Below, one piece after another: positions 23,557 to 36,863 of a DNA stretch of 64,000 bases; within the stretch, counting starts at the first letter, position 1; each line of letters opens with the position of its first letter. Location: positions 868,001-932,000 of the forward strand of contig NW_027117347.1 in assembly GCF_038025025.1 (NCBI RefSeq), given 5' to 3'. The stretch is from Phyllosticta citribraziliensis. Its lineage: Eukaryota. The notes below the pieces were generated by a model, which was not told the origin of the DNA, ran no database searches, and saw only the letters and a list, made by a program, of their open reading frames with translations. Position numbers and translations under genes: made by a program.

Positions 23557-26522
23557 GCAGGAGCGATGGCCGGCGTTGTTTGGGCATGTTCTGTAGAAGA
23601 GTCTTCATGAGTAGGACTGGCCACAAATGGGGAGCACTCATGTTCTTCGACATGCAATAGACTGGAAAAATTTGCCGGAGTGATCAAAAGTTTTCAAGCA
23701 CTTGTCGTAGAGAGGACCGGGAGACAACCACGAGCTCCAACTCGAGGAAGCCTGGTTTGTGTATTCCAGGAGCTGAATGACCACGCCTCGGGGAGATTCG
23801 AGGTGGCAAACCAAGCAACTGGGAGCATCCATGACAGCAAGCACCAGCACAAGGGTTTCGCAGAGGCCGGGGGAAAACATGGCAGCAATCAGAAAAGCAA
23901 TCACCGTGGCTGCATGGCCGTTTGTCTTGCACGACATGTCGAAAATCAGGCGACGAGACCAGGGGGCGGAGCGGGGCGGTAGTGCAACGTTGGTGCAGGA
24001 GTATCAGATTGACAGACCAGACCACGCGAGATGGGGAGTTTTGACAGGCAGGTCGGCGATGGGGCGCGACTTGAGCGGCAGAGTGCTGTTGTGCCCGTGG
24101 CTATTGGCAGCACGCGGTGTGTACTGTGAAATAGGCTGACGGCAGGCCGTGAGGTCACTCAATCTGGCAGGCCGTTGTACCATCAATCGTAGCCGTGGTA
24201 CAGTACATTCGTTCACGGCAGACAGCAGGGCGAGGCCTGTCTGCGGGAGGTCGGCCCTGGCGTCAATCACCTACCCGCGTTGGAGGGAGGAAGTGCTTTC
24301 GGGGGTGTCCCCAGCGCTGCCGTTCAAGATAGTCCACGAGACGACAGGCCGTTCCTGGACGGTTGCTGGTGCTGGGCGGGCCCCCTCGCGTGGCATGTAT
24401 GTACCATGATATTGACGTGAGGCAGAGTTTTTTTCCAACTTCTGCAGTATCGCTTGGCCATGCAGGTCAACGGTTTCACCAATATGGCCGCCGCCGCCGC
24501 TGCCGCTGCCGATGTTGACCTCGCCGCTGATGCCATGGCTCCTGCAGCAGCTGGAATGGAGGAAATCTTCGTTTGGTTGACAGGCAATACGAGCAAGAGA
24601 CGGGTAGAGGCAGTTCTTGAGACGGGCTGGTCAGCGTCAGGCGTCCCTTCGCTCGTTCTCTCGCACGAGGCCGCAGCGTGTGGTCCCAGCAAGGACGCCA
24701 ATTCGGGATTGTGGTCGCGCAGGCGCTACCTTGGACGGAGCTGTGGTACCGCCAGTGGGTGGTGATGGCGAGGTTCGTTCTTCGTTGTCTGTCAGACTCG
24801 ATGCGCACCGGGGGCGGACGGGATCGCGGGCAGCGGGCGACAGTCACATGGGATAAGCAAAGGAGCAACCTGGAAAAGATGTCGCGCAGTGCAGTGCAGC
24901 GCGTGGTGAGCAAGTGACCTCGGACGGCTGCGAGCGGCGGCCATGCAATGTTGGTTGTGTCGTGGTGGACCATCTGCCACTTCACCTCACACGTCGTCGC
25001 CTCTGCAGGCGCGTGGCCCAATCGTCGTCTCCCAGGTCGCCCGGCAGTGACAACGCATCAACTGCTCTCTCGTCTGCACCGCAGCGCCTCGTCCGAGTCG
25101 CCGCAAGAGGTGGGCTGCCCGCCGCCCTCGTTGGCCTCCTCGTCGAAGCTTTTGCAGGGGCCCAAAATTGTAATTGGAATTTTCCTTTCCTTGGCTTCTT
25201 CCATCCGCCGACAACCTCACCTCGACTCCCTCGACCTCTCCATTTAGCCTTTCTGCCCAACCCAATTCCTCTCTCCTATCGCCTCCCTCCATTGTCCTCT
25301 TGGTTAGCGCCATTGGTCCTGCATTGGCCTGGCCCTGTGCCAATTGCACCTTGCTGATATCAATGTACGAGCGTCCGGGGCGTATCCACCCTGTCGGGAC
25401 CAAACAGCAGCACCTCCCACTCCGTCATCAGCGAGCGTCTTTTTGGAATTGCGCCGGGAAAACATCTTGCCTGCCTGCCGACTGGCTCAATCTGACATGC
25501 CTCCCTATCCGTACCTCTACCTGATCGATTGCTCACCCCCGGTCCATCTCAATCGGGATATGCCATGGCAGCAGCCTTTGGTCTGCCCCCAGCTGCACGC
25601 GGCACGCATCGGCCGTGGCCGAATATGACCACGGCCACAGAAAAGCCAGCATGATGTCCTCTCAACGACGTCTTTGTCGTCAAGCAACCGTTTGCTGGGA
25701 TCATGGATCCACTTCCTTTTCACTAGCGTGGCAGCCTCTGGTCCCGGTCCGGGGGAGGGGAAGGGCACGTAGGTTAGGGTTGAGGCAAGTATGGTGAGTA
25801 AGGTAGGGTTTCTCTACTTTCGTCTTTTGCCCCCTTCCCGTCGACCCTTGACCTTGCTTGCTTGGCCTGTCCTTGCCTGTAGCTGTCATGTTGGACCATG
25901 CTCACCCCCATCCATGCCATGCCATGCTTGGCCCAGGCCTGACCGGCCCGGGTCCAGTTTACTCTCTGCTCCCAAGGCGGGTCTCTTCTGATAGTGTCAA
26001 AGCGGCGCCAGCCGATGCAGACGGATGGGGTTAGGCATGGATCGGGTCCTGCGTGGGGTGTGGGTGGTCGTATAAGCGCATGAGGGCTCAATCAATTGTC
26101 AAGGTCGGGGTTCACGGAAGGGAAGAGAGAGAAAAAATATCCATGTTGGCTCACGACTCCCCTGACCTAAACCAACTTTCTGGCCGACCACCCGGACCTC
26201 GCCGCTTGCTCCTACCTTGTCCAGCTCTGTGCTGTCCGCCGAGCACTCCCTTTTCATAGGACATTCGCCGTCCGTTATGCAGGCTCCATCACAGCCTGCT
26301 TGCTTGCTGCCTCGTCTTGCTACTGCTGCTGGAGCGGGGTCCGACGAACTGGCTTGCGCGGCTTGGATGATTCGTGCCAATCCCTTCCCTCATGCTCCTC
26401 TGGCTTGTCATGACCGGATGAACGTACGGCGTTGATGTGCGATAATGTGCCGTAGGGGCCGGAGGGTCTCGCGCACTGGCCCCTCTATCCCTACCCTCCC
26501 AATGCCCCCGGGATAGACGCGG

Positions 26523-26529
26523 TATAAAA
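26523..26529 (+). promoter_or_regulatory. TATA box of kxd1
   Basis: TATAAAA about 177 nt upstream of the ATG at 26700, followed by a pyrimidine-rich tract. Confidence 0.55.
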
Positions 26530-26699
26530 AGGGTTCGAGGGCGGGACTGAACCTTCTTTTCCTTTGACTCTGTATTCTCCTCAACCTTGGTCTCAATTGC
26601 ACATTTTGCCTCCCGTCATCCTCAATCGAGACCTTCCTTGCAACCGCAAGTCCACCAGTATACTTAGTTGAACATCACTACAACACTACCCATTTCATC

Positions 26700-27538
26700 A
26701 TGCCCTCGACTTACTACCAACCCAACCCCTCCATGCCGCTCGCCATGCCGAGCAAGCGCTCCCCCACTCACCACGCGCCGCACCATCACCATCAGCCCTC
26801 TCACAACCCGTACGCCATTTCCCCGCCCGAGACCGCCGACTCGGTGACGACGGGAGGACCGCCGTCGTACGACCCGACGGCCACGGGAGCGTCAAGCAGC
26901 TACGCGGGGTCCGAGTACGAAGCGAGCGGGCCCGTCGGCGGCGGCGGTTATGTGGGAGGAGGCGCTGGCAGCAGCGCAGCGCGCGAGGCCGGCGGCGTCG
27001 ACCTGCTCGACTACATGGGCGAGCGGTTGAACGGTGCGTTTGACGTGCTGGGCCTCGAGCGGAGCGTACAGATGCAGTGTCAGACGTGAGTCTTTTTCTC
27101 TCCCACTTTCTCTCCATTTCTCCATCCATGCTGTCATGGACTCGTTTGAGCGAGGTCACTCCAAAAAGGCTCGACTGGCGCGGAACGACAGCGATTGTGT
27201 CTACTACTCACATGAGGGACTTCTCGCTGACAAGCTCTCCAGGTCCGGCGAGCTCAACGCCAAAACTCGCGAGTTGCTGCAGTTGCAGGCGCTCGCACGC
27301 CAGCGCCTCGCGGCCACGAGCCGCAACTTCGCCGAGGGCATGAAGGCGGCCAAGGAGGTGCAGCGCGACCTGGAGTGGACGCAAAAGCGCGTTTCGTGAG
27401 TACTGTGCGACTCTGCGTCTATGGGGGTGATTGGACTGACATGTTTTCAAAAGGTCGATTAACCAGCGCGCTGCTCGCAAGTATCCAAACGAGTACAAGA
27501 TGGCCAGCGAGCGGTATCCGGCGCCTGTCGATTGCTAG
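26700..27538 (+). CDS. kxd1: BLOC-1 subunit KXD1-like (KxDL domain)
   Basis: Exons 26700-27085, 27243-27395, 27454-27538. VDLLDYMGERLNGAFD..LERSVQMQCQTSGELNAKTRELLQLQ..AKEVQRDLEWTQKRVSSINQRAARKYPNEY. Confidence 0.85.
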
Positions 27539-30500
27539 ATTGGCGGACAGACTGATCGAATCGGCGGACCAGCTTTGCTCGAGCGCGACTCCAAGCGACC
27601 AGTTCCTGAGAATCGCCTGCGTTGGCTGCTCCATCTTTTGCTCTCTACACGCCTGAGCCCATGGCGTTTTCCAGCCTCCTCAAATCTCTTCGACCGCGAC
27701 TCTCTGATCTGAACGACCGACTTTGAATGACGATGACACGCTTGGATTGCATCAGCAGGACAGGAATCTGCTGCTCGTACGAAAGTTTCGAGACGAAAAC
27801 TGAGAAAGACACTACCACACGAAGAAGATGACAACGAAAGAAGATGAAGAAAATGAAGAAGAAGCACGACAGAATTTGAGTCTGTCACCAGCATCAGCAT
27901 CACGACCAACGCCGCAGCAGTTTCATCTCAATCCTTATTCTCACGCCGTCAGTGAGCTCGCCACTCTTCTACCCTGACGAAAAAACCACAAGGCCAAACT
28001 CTACAATCAACAACACCCCGCCCTCGAGATCTCGCGAAACAGCAAGCCAGCAAAACGAACACGACCAAACAACACCACCGACGTCCGCCCTACCATAAGG
28101 CTGAGCACATGCTTCTTCACGAATGACGACGCGGCAGCCGATCCGGTCGATCTGCCACGCGCAGCAGCGGCGCGCGACTCCACACGCCGCCGCATCCTTG
28201 CCCACAAACCCTCGTCTTTTTTGCTTTTGCGCCTGCTCGTCATCTACAGACGCAGACGCCTGCAACTGCGAACATGGGTGCCAATGCGAACCCCAGACAG
28301 CACGGCACGAGCCACAAGTCCATCCGTGCCTCTTTCCCTGGAAGACCTACCGGCTGCGGCTGTGGACTGGGGTGTTGGTGCTTGTTTTGCATGATTGCTT
28401 TTTTTTTCTTTTTCTTCCGACCCATAGGCGTTGCGGGCCGCGCGCGCCGTGGGGCTTGCTTCTGCATGGACGCACCTCCTCGCTCAAGGCACGCAGTATC
28501 TTCAGCCGGCCAGACGGACAGACGGACAGAAAAAAGACGAATGTGCAAATGCCAGGACCGGGCTAGCACTTTCGTCTGGGATGGAGTGGATATCGCTTAC
28601 GCTTGCGGCACCTCAGCGTTTGCAACCAACACCAACATCAAGCGAGTAGACAGGCATCGCCAAATCTGCGTTCCTACCTGCACGACTTCTGGCTTCCTCT
28701 TTTAAAATCCCTATCCGCATAATCGTCCGTCGGCTGGGTCGTTGGTGCCGTACACTTGTACAGCGTTCCTTCGAAATTCCGGCAGTACATGGCGAGGTTA
28801 CCAATGCTGTCTGCGAGACCACACTGTCCAGATCGTCTGCACCACACCACGCAGGAACAGCATGCCAGACGTCAGCCACATCAGCGGACGCCGCCGTCGT
28901 TGCCACAGCACAGCACGGACAACGGAGACAGCCGGGTGGACAGGGGCTCCACATGGCCCACGTGCATGAACTGGAAGCATGTGCAGCGGGAGCGGGAACG
29001 GCAAGCCAGGGATCGAAGCGAGCGAGCCAGCAAGCCACAGGATCGGTTCCGGCCGGCTGACTGAATGACTGGCGAGCTGGGTATACCAGCGATCACGTTC
29101 TGCGGGGACGGCTAGACGAGACGAGATGGCGGAACGGGCCGGGGGCGAGCAGTTGCGGCGCAGCCGATCGCGTGGAGGAGAGGCAGGGCGAGGTGACGAA
29201 TGGGAACGGCGGCAGCGGGACCCTCGGATGGATCCGAGATGGTGGTGTGGGTGAAGCAACAGCCAGGGGGTGGGCTGCCTGGTGGATCTTTTCTTTCGTT
29301 GCCCTGGCTCACTCCGGGGGAGGCACACATGATGATGTGGACTTTAGGATCGGTGGGATGGCGTATGTTGCTGCTGCTGTTTCTCCTGCTGTGGACGAGC
29401 TGCTACCGTCTATCGTTTCTTGCGGTATGGCGGTAATCTGATTTGCGATGTCCGTCCCAGATGGGCGAAGGCTTTTTTTTGCCCTAGGCGTTGAGAAGTC
29501 CAACAATAGGTGATCGAACTGAATGTGAATTTCATCCTTTTGAATCTCGTGCTCCAAGACCACAGCCGAGTGCTCTTCGGCGTAACCACCATGTCTTGGA
29601 ATGACAGCTGCCGGAACACGGCCACGAGGCTCCTGTGAGGGTGGGCTGCATTTGTAAGTGGGGTTGCCGTCCTGTGGCCATGCCATGCCATGCCATGCCA
29701 TGCTCTGTTCGCCCAATGCGGGTTCTTGTGCAGAAGATGGCCTGGGTCTTGTGGTCCGGAAGTGGAGCCGTCATGCGTGTGCCATGTCTCGAGCCCGTGC
29801 AGAAGGAGGGGATGGGACACCGCCAGCCACTGGGTTGAAACAGTCCGATCAAGGCGCCGGCTGTATTAGTGAGTCAATCGATGCGGAGATTTGCTTTCTC
29901 CTATTCATGTAATTGGTTAGGAGCTAGAGGTTTGCGTCTGAGCGTGACGATAACGCGGTCCGGTGAATTTACTGCCGGTCGACCGAAATCGCGAGATTGT
30001 AGAAGCGAAGATACTGCGCGGCTTGAACATTAATGGTTTGTCGTTCCTGTAGTGTCTCATCAAGCCTCGTACAGCCTGCGAGTGCTTACAACGGTAAGCT
30101 TTGTGAAGGTGCCTCGAGCTTTTGTATTTTGCAAGACCGTCTCCCGCAGACCAGACTGGTTTTGTGCACGCATGCAGGAAATGGAAGGTTTGAGAGAATC
30201 AAGATAATGAAAGACACGGAATCGGGTGTTTTCTCGTGCAGGATATGCCCCATTTGTCGACGACGGTTGGGACTAGTTGATCCATTGCAATTGAATATGT
30301 TTGATGCTGCTTGCTTTCGTCTGCAAGCGGAAGATATTACACCTTGAAGAGGCCCTTCGAAGCTCGCCAGGTTGCCGTTGGATCTCTGAGCAATCGTCAA
30401 TCATTGATGGACTCAGGTTGCAGGTTCGACTCGGCGAGTGCGCGAGCCCCAGAGCCCCAGAAGCGCAATCTTCCATTGCTCTCGGATCGCCGAGACGAGG

Positions 30501-30576
30501 CAGACGGTGACCAGACACTTCGACCCTGGGGCAAGAATCCTGTCAAGAACGTCTTCATGCGAATTTGTCTCACCTC

Positions 30577-31415
30577 TCAACTTCCTTGCCTCTCAAGACG
30601 CGTCCAGGGGTCTTCGATGAAGCTTGGCAAGAAATAAGCAATGTCACCATTTTTATCCCGAATACCGTTCCTCAAGGCCTGAAGGTCAGGTTCGACGAAC
30701 GTGGAAGCAGGTTGAGTGTCGGATGTCTCGGGCAAGGAAGTTGTTGGAACGTCGGCCCCGGTCAAGTCAGGAACGATGTTTGAAGGTCCCGTCGAGGGCT
30801 TTTCTGGAAGCTCTTTGCCGCGAGCAAGGAAAGCAGCAAGCCCTGTTGGAACAGTTTCCTTGTTCTTTTTTGGTTTCTCCGCGGATAAACTGCTTTGGAC
30901 TGCCATGCGCTCTTCGCTGTGACTCGGCCCACCTACGAGGGAATTAGCACCTGCATAAATCTGTACGTATAATACCGGGGCCATAGAGATAGTGCTTTGA
31001 CCAGTGCTATACCTTGTCCTTGAGGCGGTGTCGCAGACACCATGTCTGACTGAGCGGTGACTGTCTCGGCATCCTTGGATTCTGTGGGGGCGCCAGGTGT
31101 ATTTGTGGCTTTGCTTCCCACAGATTCCACGTCGTCATGGTCGGCTCTTCGCTTGCGTGGAACAAGGTCTGCCAAGTCGGCACCTGTGGTCATGTTGGTG
31201 AAACAATCTGGCTTGCGGCTCTTCGTTATACCTTGGTCACTATTGGCCTGGCGTTTGCGGGGACCAAGTTGAACACGGTTGGTGCCTGTACCAGCTTCTA
31301 CTACGGCCTCTGCGCGTACTGGTTTTCCCGACTTTTTTGCTGGCCCAAACGAAGAAAAGCCCATGGCTGCAGCAAGGTCGGGATCGACTTCCATACCGAC
31401 AGTGTTGTCGTCCAT
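30577..31415 (-). CDS. Uncharacterised protein (~236 aa) with N-terminal AMGFSSFG and C-terminal YFLPSFIEDPW motifs
   Basis: Probable exons 31415-31232, 31183-31013, 30932-30577 (alternative acceptor 30950 is also in frame). This joins ORFs 30933..31424 and 30577..30984. Confidence 0.7.
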
Positions 31416-31808
31416 TGTGACCAATCAGGCGCGCCGAGCCAAGTTGCAAAAGGACGTGGGGTTGAAGCAGATCTCGATGGCCACGACGGCCTGAAACGAC
31501 ACGCGCTCGACTCGATCCCGACGCGTCGGTCGCGGAGAGATGGGACGGCGGAAGCGGAACGTAGAGGCGGAAAGTAAAGTTTTTGTTGTTGTTGGGGTGG
31601 CAGGCGGAGTCTCTTCGTTTGGCTTCTGCGGTCACCATCAGGCGCAGCGAGAAGGCGGGACGTGGTCCAAGCTCCTGCATCAGCTGGATCCCATCCTGGC
31701 CCTGGCCATTACGCATATCGTCACTCAAGACTGCCGAGTCCCCTTTGCTCGCCTCTGGATCATGCCAAACCCTCTCAACTTCCTCTCCCGCATGCCGTCC
31801 CCGGCGAC

Positions 31809-34800
31809 ATGAACGGTAACTCGAGGTCTTTGAACTCCCGCCGCTGGCAACGGCCTACGGTACCCTCCCTCTTCCAACCAACCTCTTGCTTCTTTTCCAA
31901 GACTGACACCGCCCAATAGCTTCGACAAGCAACCTTCATCTTGCCCAGCACCGGCGAACGTATTCGACGAGCCTTTACCCTTCGATCTCCTCCCCCAGAG
32001 GAAGACGACGAACGAGCTCCATTACTGGGCAATAGCTCCCCTTCGCCCGCTGCCCAAAAACAAAATCGCACTGTCCAGCGCGTCAAGCATGTCTCGCAAA
32101 AGGCATACGGGCTCTTCACCTCCAAGGTGGCCGTAGAATTGTTCAAATGTTCCATTGCCTACCTTTTGGGTAGCATGGCGACATTTGTCCCCCCTATATC
32201 GGCCTTCCTTGGGAACAACGACGGAAAGCACATGGTTGCGACTGTCACGGTCTACTTTCACCCTGCTAGATCGACTGGGAGCATGATAGAAGCCACATAC
32301 CTTGCTCTCATAGCATTTGTATATGCCACGGTCATATCATTTGCCAGCATGGCCGTGACCATCGCCTTTCGCCATCTCCATCTGTTGCAACTTGGTCACG
32401 CCATCGTATTGGCAGTCTTCCTCGGCGGTGGATTTGGCTCGATTGGATGGATCAAGCAAAAACTCGGCAACCCGTTGGTCAACGTCGCTTGTTCGTTGGC
32501 GTCTCTTGCACTGATCACTGTCCTGACCAAAGAGGGTGCTGTTCAAGCCGGCCATTTCTCGTACAACAAGATCTTCCAAGTATTAAAGATGGTCATCATG
32601 GGCATAGCAGCCTCATTCTGCGTCAACATCCTCATTCGCCCATATTCGGCTCGGAAGCAGTTGCGAGATAATCTACGGAAGGGCACAGATTCCCTCGGCG
32701 ACATGCTGACAATGATTACTAGAAGTTTCTTGTCAGGATCTGAAGAAGAGCTCAAACACCCCGAGTATCTGGATGCCTCCAAGAATTACAAGGCTGTGTT
32801 CAACCTAATGAAGAAAAATCTGGGTGAAGCCAAAAACGAGCATTTTGTTTTGGGAACCGAAAAGGAGTACCGAATTGAGGCTCGACTTGTCAAGTACGAC
32901 CTGCTTTTCTCTGCACGGGATTACTGTGCTAACAAATCTAGATGCATGGAACGTCTGTCCCAGAATATCGGTGCTCTTCGCGGTGCGGCTTTGACTCAGT
33001 TCACCCTGATTTCGAAGCCACCAAGCGCTGGCACCAATACTCCTCTGACAAGAGTCAACTCAACCGACTTCCATTTTCCGTCTTTGCACTCGCCGCACCA
33101 TAGCCAGTCCGGATTAAGCCATCTTGCGGCAATCGAAGAGCTCGGCGAAGAGAGCAGCAGTGATGGCCGTGATGGCCACTTGTCGAGTTCTGCCATATCT
33201 TATCCTGCAAGCGGGACCCAAACAGCCGAGTCTCCGTCAGACATTTTTACGATGTTCATCTCCCATTTGGGCCCGTCTATGAAGTCGCTTGCCTATACCT
33301 TGAAAGAAGTTCTCGACGAACTTCCCTTCGGCCCGCCTCCCGACTACACGATTGCAGTCAATAGGCATTTCAGAGGCAGCCTGATCGAGGCAAACGAATT
33401 GTTCAAAAAGGCAAGGAGGGAGGCATTGGCGGCCATTTACGCGAACCGCAGCCTCAACAGGAGTAGACCAGTTGAGGTGCTCGCAGACTATGAAGAGGTT
33501 GCCGCCAGTTGCGGGTACTTTAGCTCAGCTCTGCAGGATTTCGCCGAAGAAATGATTGTCTACCTAGACATTTTGGAAGAGCTCAAAACCAATCTGGAGC
33601 AGAAGCCAAGAAAGCGATCATGGAACTGGATCTTGTTCTGGCGGAAAGTCAAGACAGACACCGTCGAGGAGTACAGGCCAGGTATTTCTACGCACCGTTA
33701 TTCCTTTCAGAATGCCCTACTAACACACAAATAGATACCCCTGACATCATTGAGCACAATGAGACTCAGGGCCTGTCACATGGCATGCCAGACCTCACCA
33801 GACGGCAAACCGATTTCAACCAAGTCGAAAAGGTACACCGCAAAGCAAAGTTGACCTACCGTCTATGGCAGTATTTTGGCTTTCTCAGGAGAGAGGACAT
33901 CAAGTACGCCATCAAAGTCGGCGTAGGTGCCATGCTCTATGCAATGTGGTCGTACATCCCAGAGACTCGCCCCGTCTATTCTCATTGGAGAGGTGAATGG
34001 GGTCTCGTATCGTACATGTTGGTCTGTTCAATGACCATCGGCGCCTCCAACACCACTGGAATCCAGCGATTTGCTGGTACCTGCTTGGGTGCCGTCTTTG
34101 CGGTCGTTGCGTGGACAGCCTCGCGTGGGAATGCTTATGCACTTGCATTCTTCGGTTGGATCGTTTCCATCTACTGCTTCAATTTCATCGTTGCGAAAGG
34201 CAAGGGTCCCATGGGTCGCTTCATCCTGCTCACGTACAATCTGTCTTGTCTCTACGCATACACGCTTTCTGTTCGCGAGGCCGAGGGCGACGACGATGAG
34301 GGCGGAGAAACTCCAGCGATCTTCGAAATCGCCCTCCACCGTGTTGTGGCAGTCATATCTGGCTGTATCTGGGGCATCATCATCACTCGTGTGATTTGGC
34401 CTAACAGCGCCCGCCAAAAGATCAAAGACGGCATCTGCATTCTGTGGCTTCGCATGGGGCTCATCTGGAAAAGAGACCCCTTGGCCATGCTGGTCGAAGG
34501 TGCCTCGAAGTACTCCTACATGGACATCCGGGAGTCCATTGAGTTGCAACGGTTTTTGACCCATCTGGAAGCCCTGCGGAAGGCGGCCACATCCGAATTT
34601 GAGCTCAGCGGGCCTTTTCCGAACAAGATCTACGGCAATCTGCTCAGCACGACCGGCAGAATGCTGGACGCGTTCCACGCGATGAATGTCTTGATCACAA
34701 AGGACCTCAAGGCTACCCCGGGAGAAAGAGAGTTGTTGCAATACACACGAAAAGAGCGCATACAGCTTAGCAGTCGCATCAGCCACTTGTTCTCTGGTAA

Positions 34801-35179
34801 GTTGCCGACCTCGCACGTTGGCCATTGAGCTTCGACACTGACTCCCTTCTCCAGTCATGGCATCCTCCATGAAAATGGAGTACCCTCTCAACGATGCGCT
34901 GCCCAGCGTCGAGCACACGCGCGACCGCCTGCTGGCCAAGATCTTCGAGTTCAGGAAAAACGCGGCAGAGACGGATAGCAATGTCGCTACGGACGAAGAC
35001 TATGAGCTTCTCTACGCATATGGTAAATCAACGTTATTGACCCTCTTACATTCGAAATATAGCTAATACGTTTTGTAGCGCTGGTCACCGGACAGCTCGC
35101 GCAGGACATTGCGAATCTTGGACAGGACATTGAGCAGCTATACGGCGTCCTCAATGAAGACAACCTCAAGCTGCAGTAG
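31809..35179 (+). CDS. Multi-pass membrane protein, FUSC / aromatic-acid-exporter family (Bre4-like)
   Basis: Exons 31809-31859, 31920-32893, 32942-33681, 33735-34796, 34855-35022, 35079-35179. Two hydrophobic clusters: KCSIAYLLGS..TVYFHPARSTGSM and KYAIKVGVGA..WRGEWGL..TIGASNTTG..RVVAV..IWPNSAR. Confidence 0.85.
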
Positions 35180-35931
35180 GACAACCACCAACTCTACGCG
35201 GTATGAAGACGCAATCGATGGGAAATAGCGAATAGGGAAGCAGTATCATCAACAGCGATAGCGATACATTGGGCATGGTTATTTGGGCATTTGGCATCCG
35301 AGATGGAATTCAATGTGTACCTGGAGGAAAAGGGAAAGGGGAATACCGGGAAATTTGCCTTGCTCCTCCTTCACTCTGCCTTTCTGTCTCCCTTCTACTC
35401 CCTTTTGGGATCATGACGACACGACTGCATTCTGCTTTGGCGTTTGTACACACTAGCTTGTTAGGCACTAGAACAGCGGATGCGTCGATTGATAAGCTTT
35501 GGGCTCTTTGCTTTTTCTTTTGAACCGGGATCGAGATGCGGCGTCCTTGAATTGTCTGTTGTCGCTTGTCGCGATCTAGACAACGACGTAACGACGTAAA
35601 AGTTGCAGCAAAGTTGGAGTAAAATCAATATCAAAACGCTCTGGTATTCGAAGCATGCATGTAGTGAGCGCATGTACAAACTTTTCTATCTAAACGTGCC
35701 AAATCTTTTCCCTTTTTTTTTTTTTCCCTTCTCCACAAACGCTGAAACCAAAACCGAATCCATGAATGAAAGCAGGATCTAGGAGACCACTCGAGTGGAG
35801 GGTGGGACCACGATCCTCCGCCCTTGTTTAAGACCGCATATTTGTAGTTCCTTTCCTGTTGGTGGTGGTGGGTGTTGGTTGTACCGCGGACGCCGCAACT
35901 CCTGCAACAATGAGAAATCGGGGGGTTGAAA

Positions 35932-36863
35932 TTAGACGAGCAGGACAGCGTTGACGCAGCCGTCGTTCTCAGGACTGTGAAGATTTGGTTAGTGGTGGCT
36001 CTTGAATGAAGTGTGTCGTGCGAAGGCAAGGGCTTGTGGTTTGGCTGGCTTACTTGTTTGTCACCTGGGCATAGCGGGCCCAAGCCACCTTGCCGGTGGT
36101 CGTGGTCAGACCCAGCTCGCTGATGTTGACCTCGACGACGGTACCCCGAGTGAGCACACCAAGCTGCGTGCTCAACGGGTTCTGCGGGTTCTTCTTGACA
36201 CCGAGGATGGGAAGCTGCACTGTGACACCGAGCTCGGGGTGCGTGACGTTGGCCTTTTTGTAGCGGAGCGCCATTGGTCTGAATGCCAGACGTTAGCACC
36301 TCTTTCAAATTCCACATGACGGTGCTCCTATTGAGCGAAACTCACCTGATGAAGCGCTCGAACTTGACGGGCCGTCTTGTAAAGTCGGGGCCGACAAACG
36401 TGGGCTTGGTGATGACGCGCTTCCAGCCCTTCTTGGCCGTCTTCTTGCCCGTCTTGACGACGCTAAACATCTCCTCCTCCGAGATACCGCGGACCTTGGG
36501 CAAGGGCACGCTGAAGCGAGCGGCCTTCTCATTGCGCTTCTGCTTGATGGCCGACGACAGGGCTTTGGCGTTGTTCTCGGTCGAGCGGTCGAGCAGGTAC
36601 TGGGGCAGGGGCGTCGTCGACGGTTCGGCCGCGTCGGCCGACTTGACGTTGCGCTCCTCGTGCGCCTTGATCGTCTTCTTCAGCTGGATCTTCTCCTTGC
36701 GGCGCTTCTCCTGGTACAGCTTGGCCCGCAGGCCGCGCAGGTTCTGTGCATCCTTGGAGGCCCGGTGGCCCTCACGCGCAATCCGCTTGCGCTTGCGCTC
36801 GTCGTGGTCGAGGCGCTTGCCGTGCTGCTTCTGGAAGCGCTCGATGTACTCGTTCTGAGGCAT
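35932..36863 (-). CDS. nsa2: Ribosome biogenesis protein Nsa2
   Basis: Exons 36863-36346, 36278-36054, 35974-35932. [68 protein letters not shown]. Confidence 0.97.

Noticed and set aside
28220..28295. Cys-rich CFCAC..CNCEHGCQCE stretch resembling a metallothionein
   Set aside because: It is embedded in a low-complexity ORF with no credible start, stop or splice structure for a small metallothionein gene.
30420..30436. GGTTCGACTC tRNA T-loop-like motif
   Set aside because: The flanks do not form a T-stem and no cloverleaf is present.
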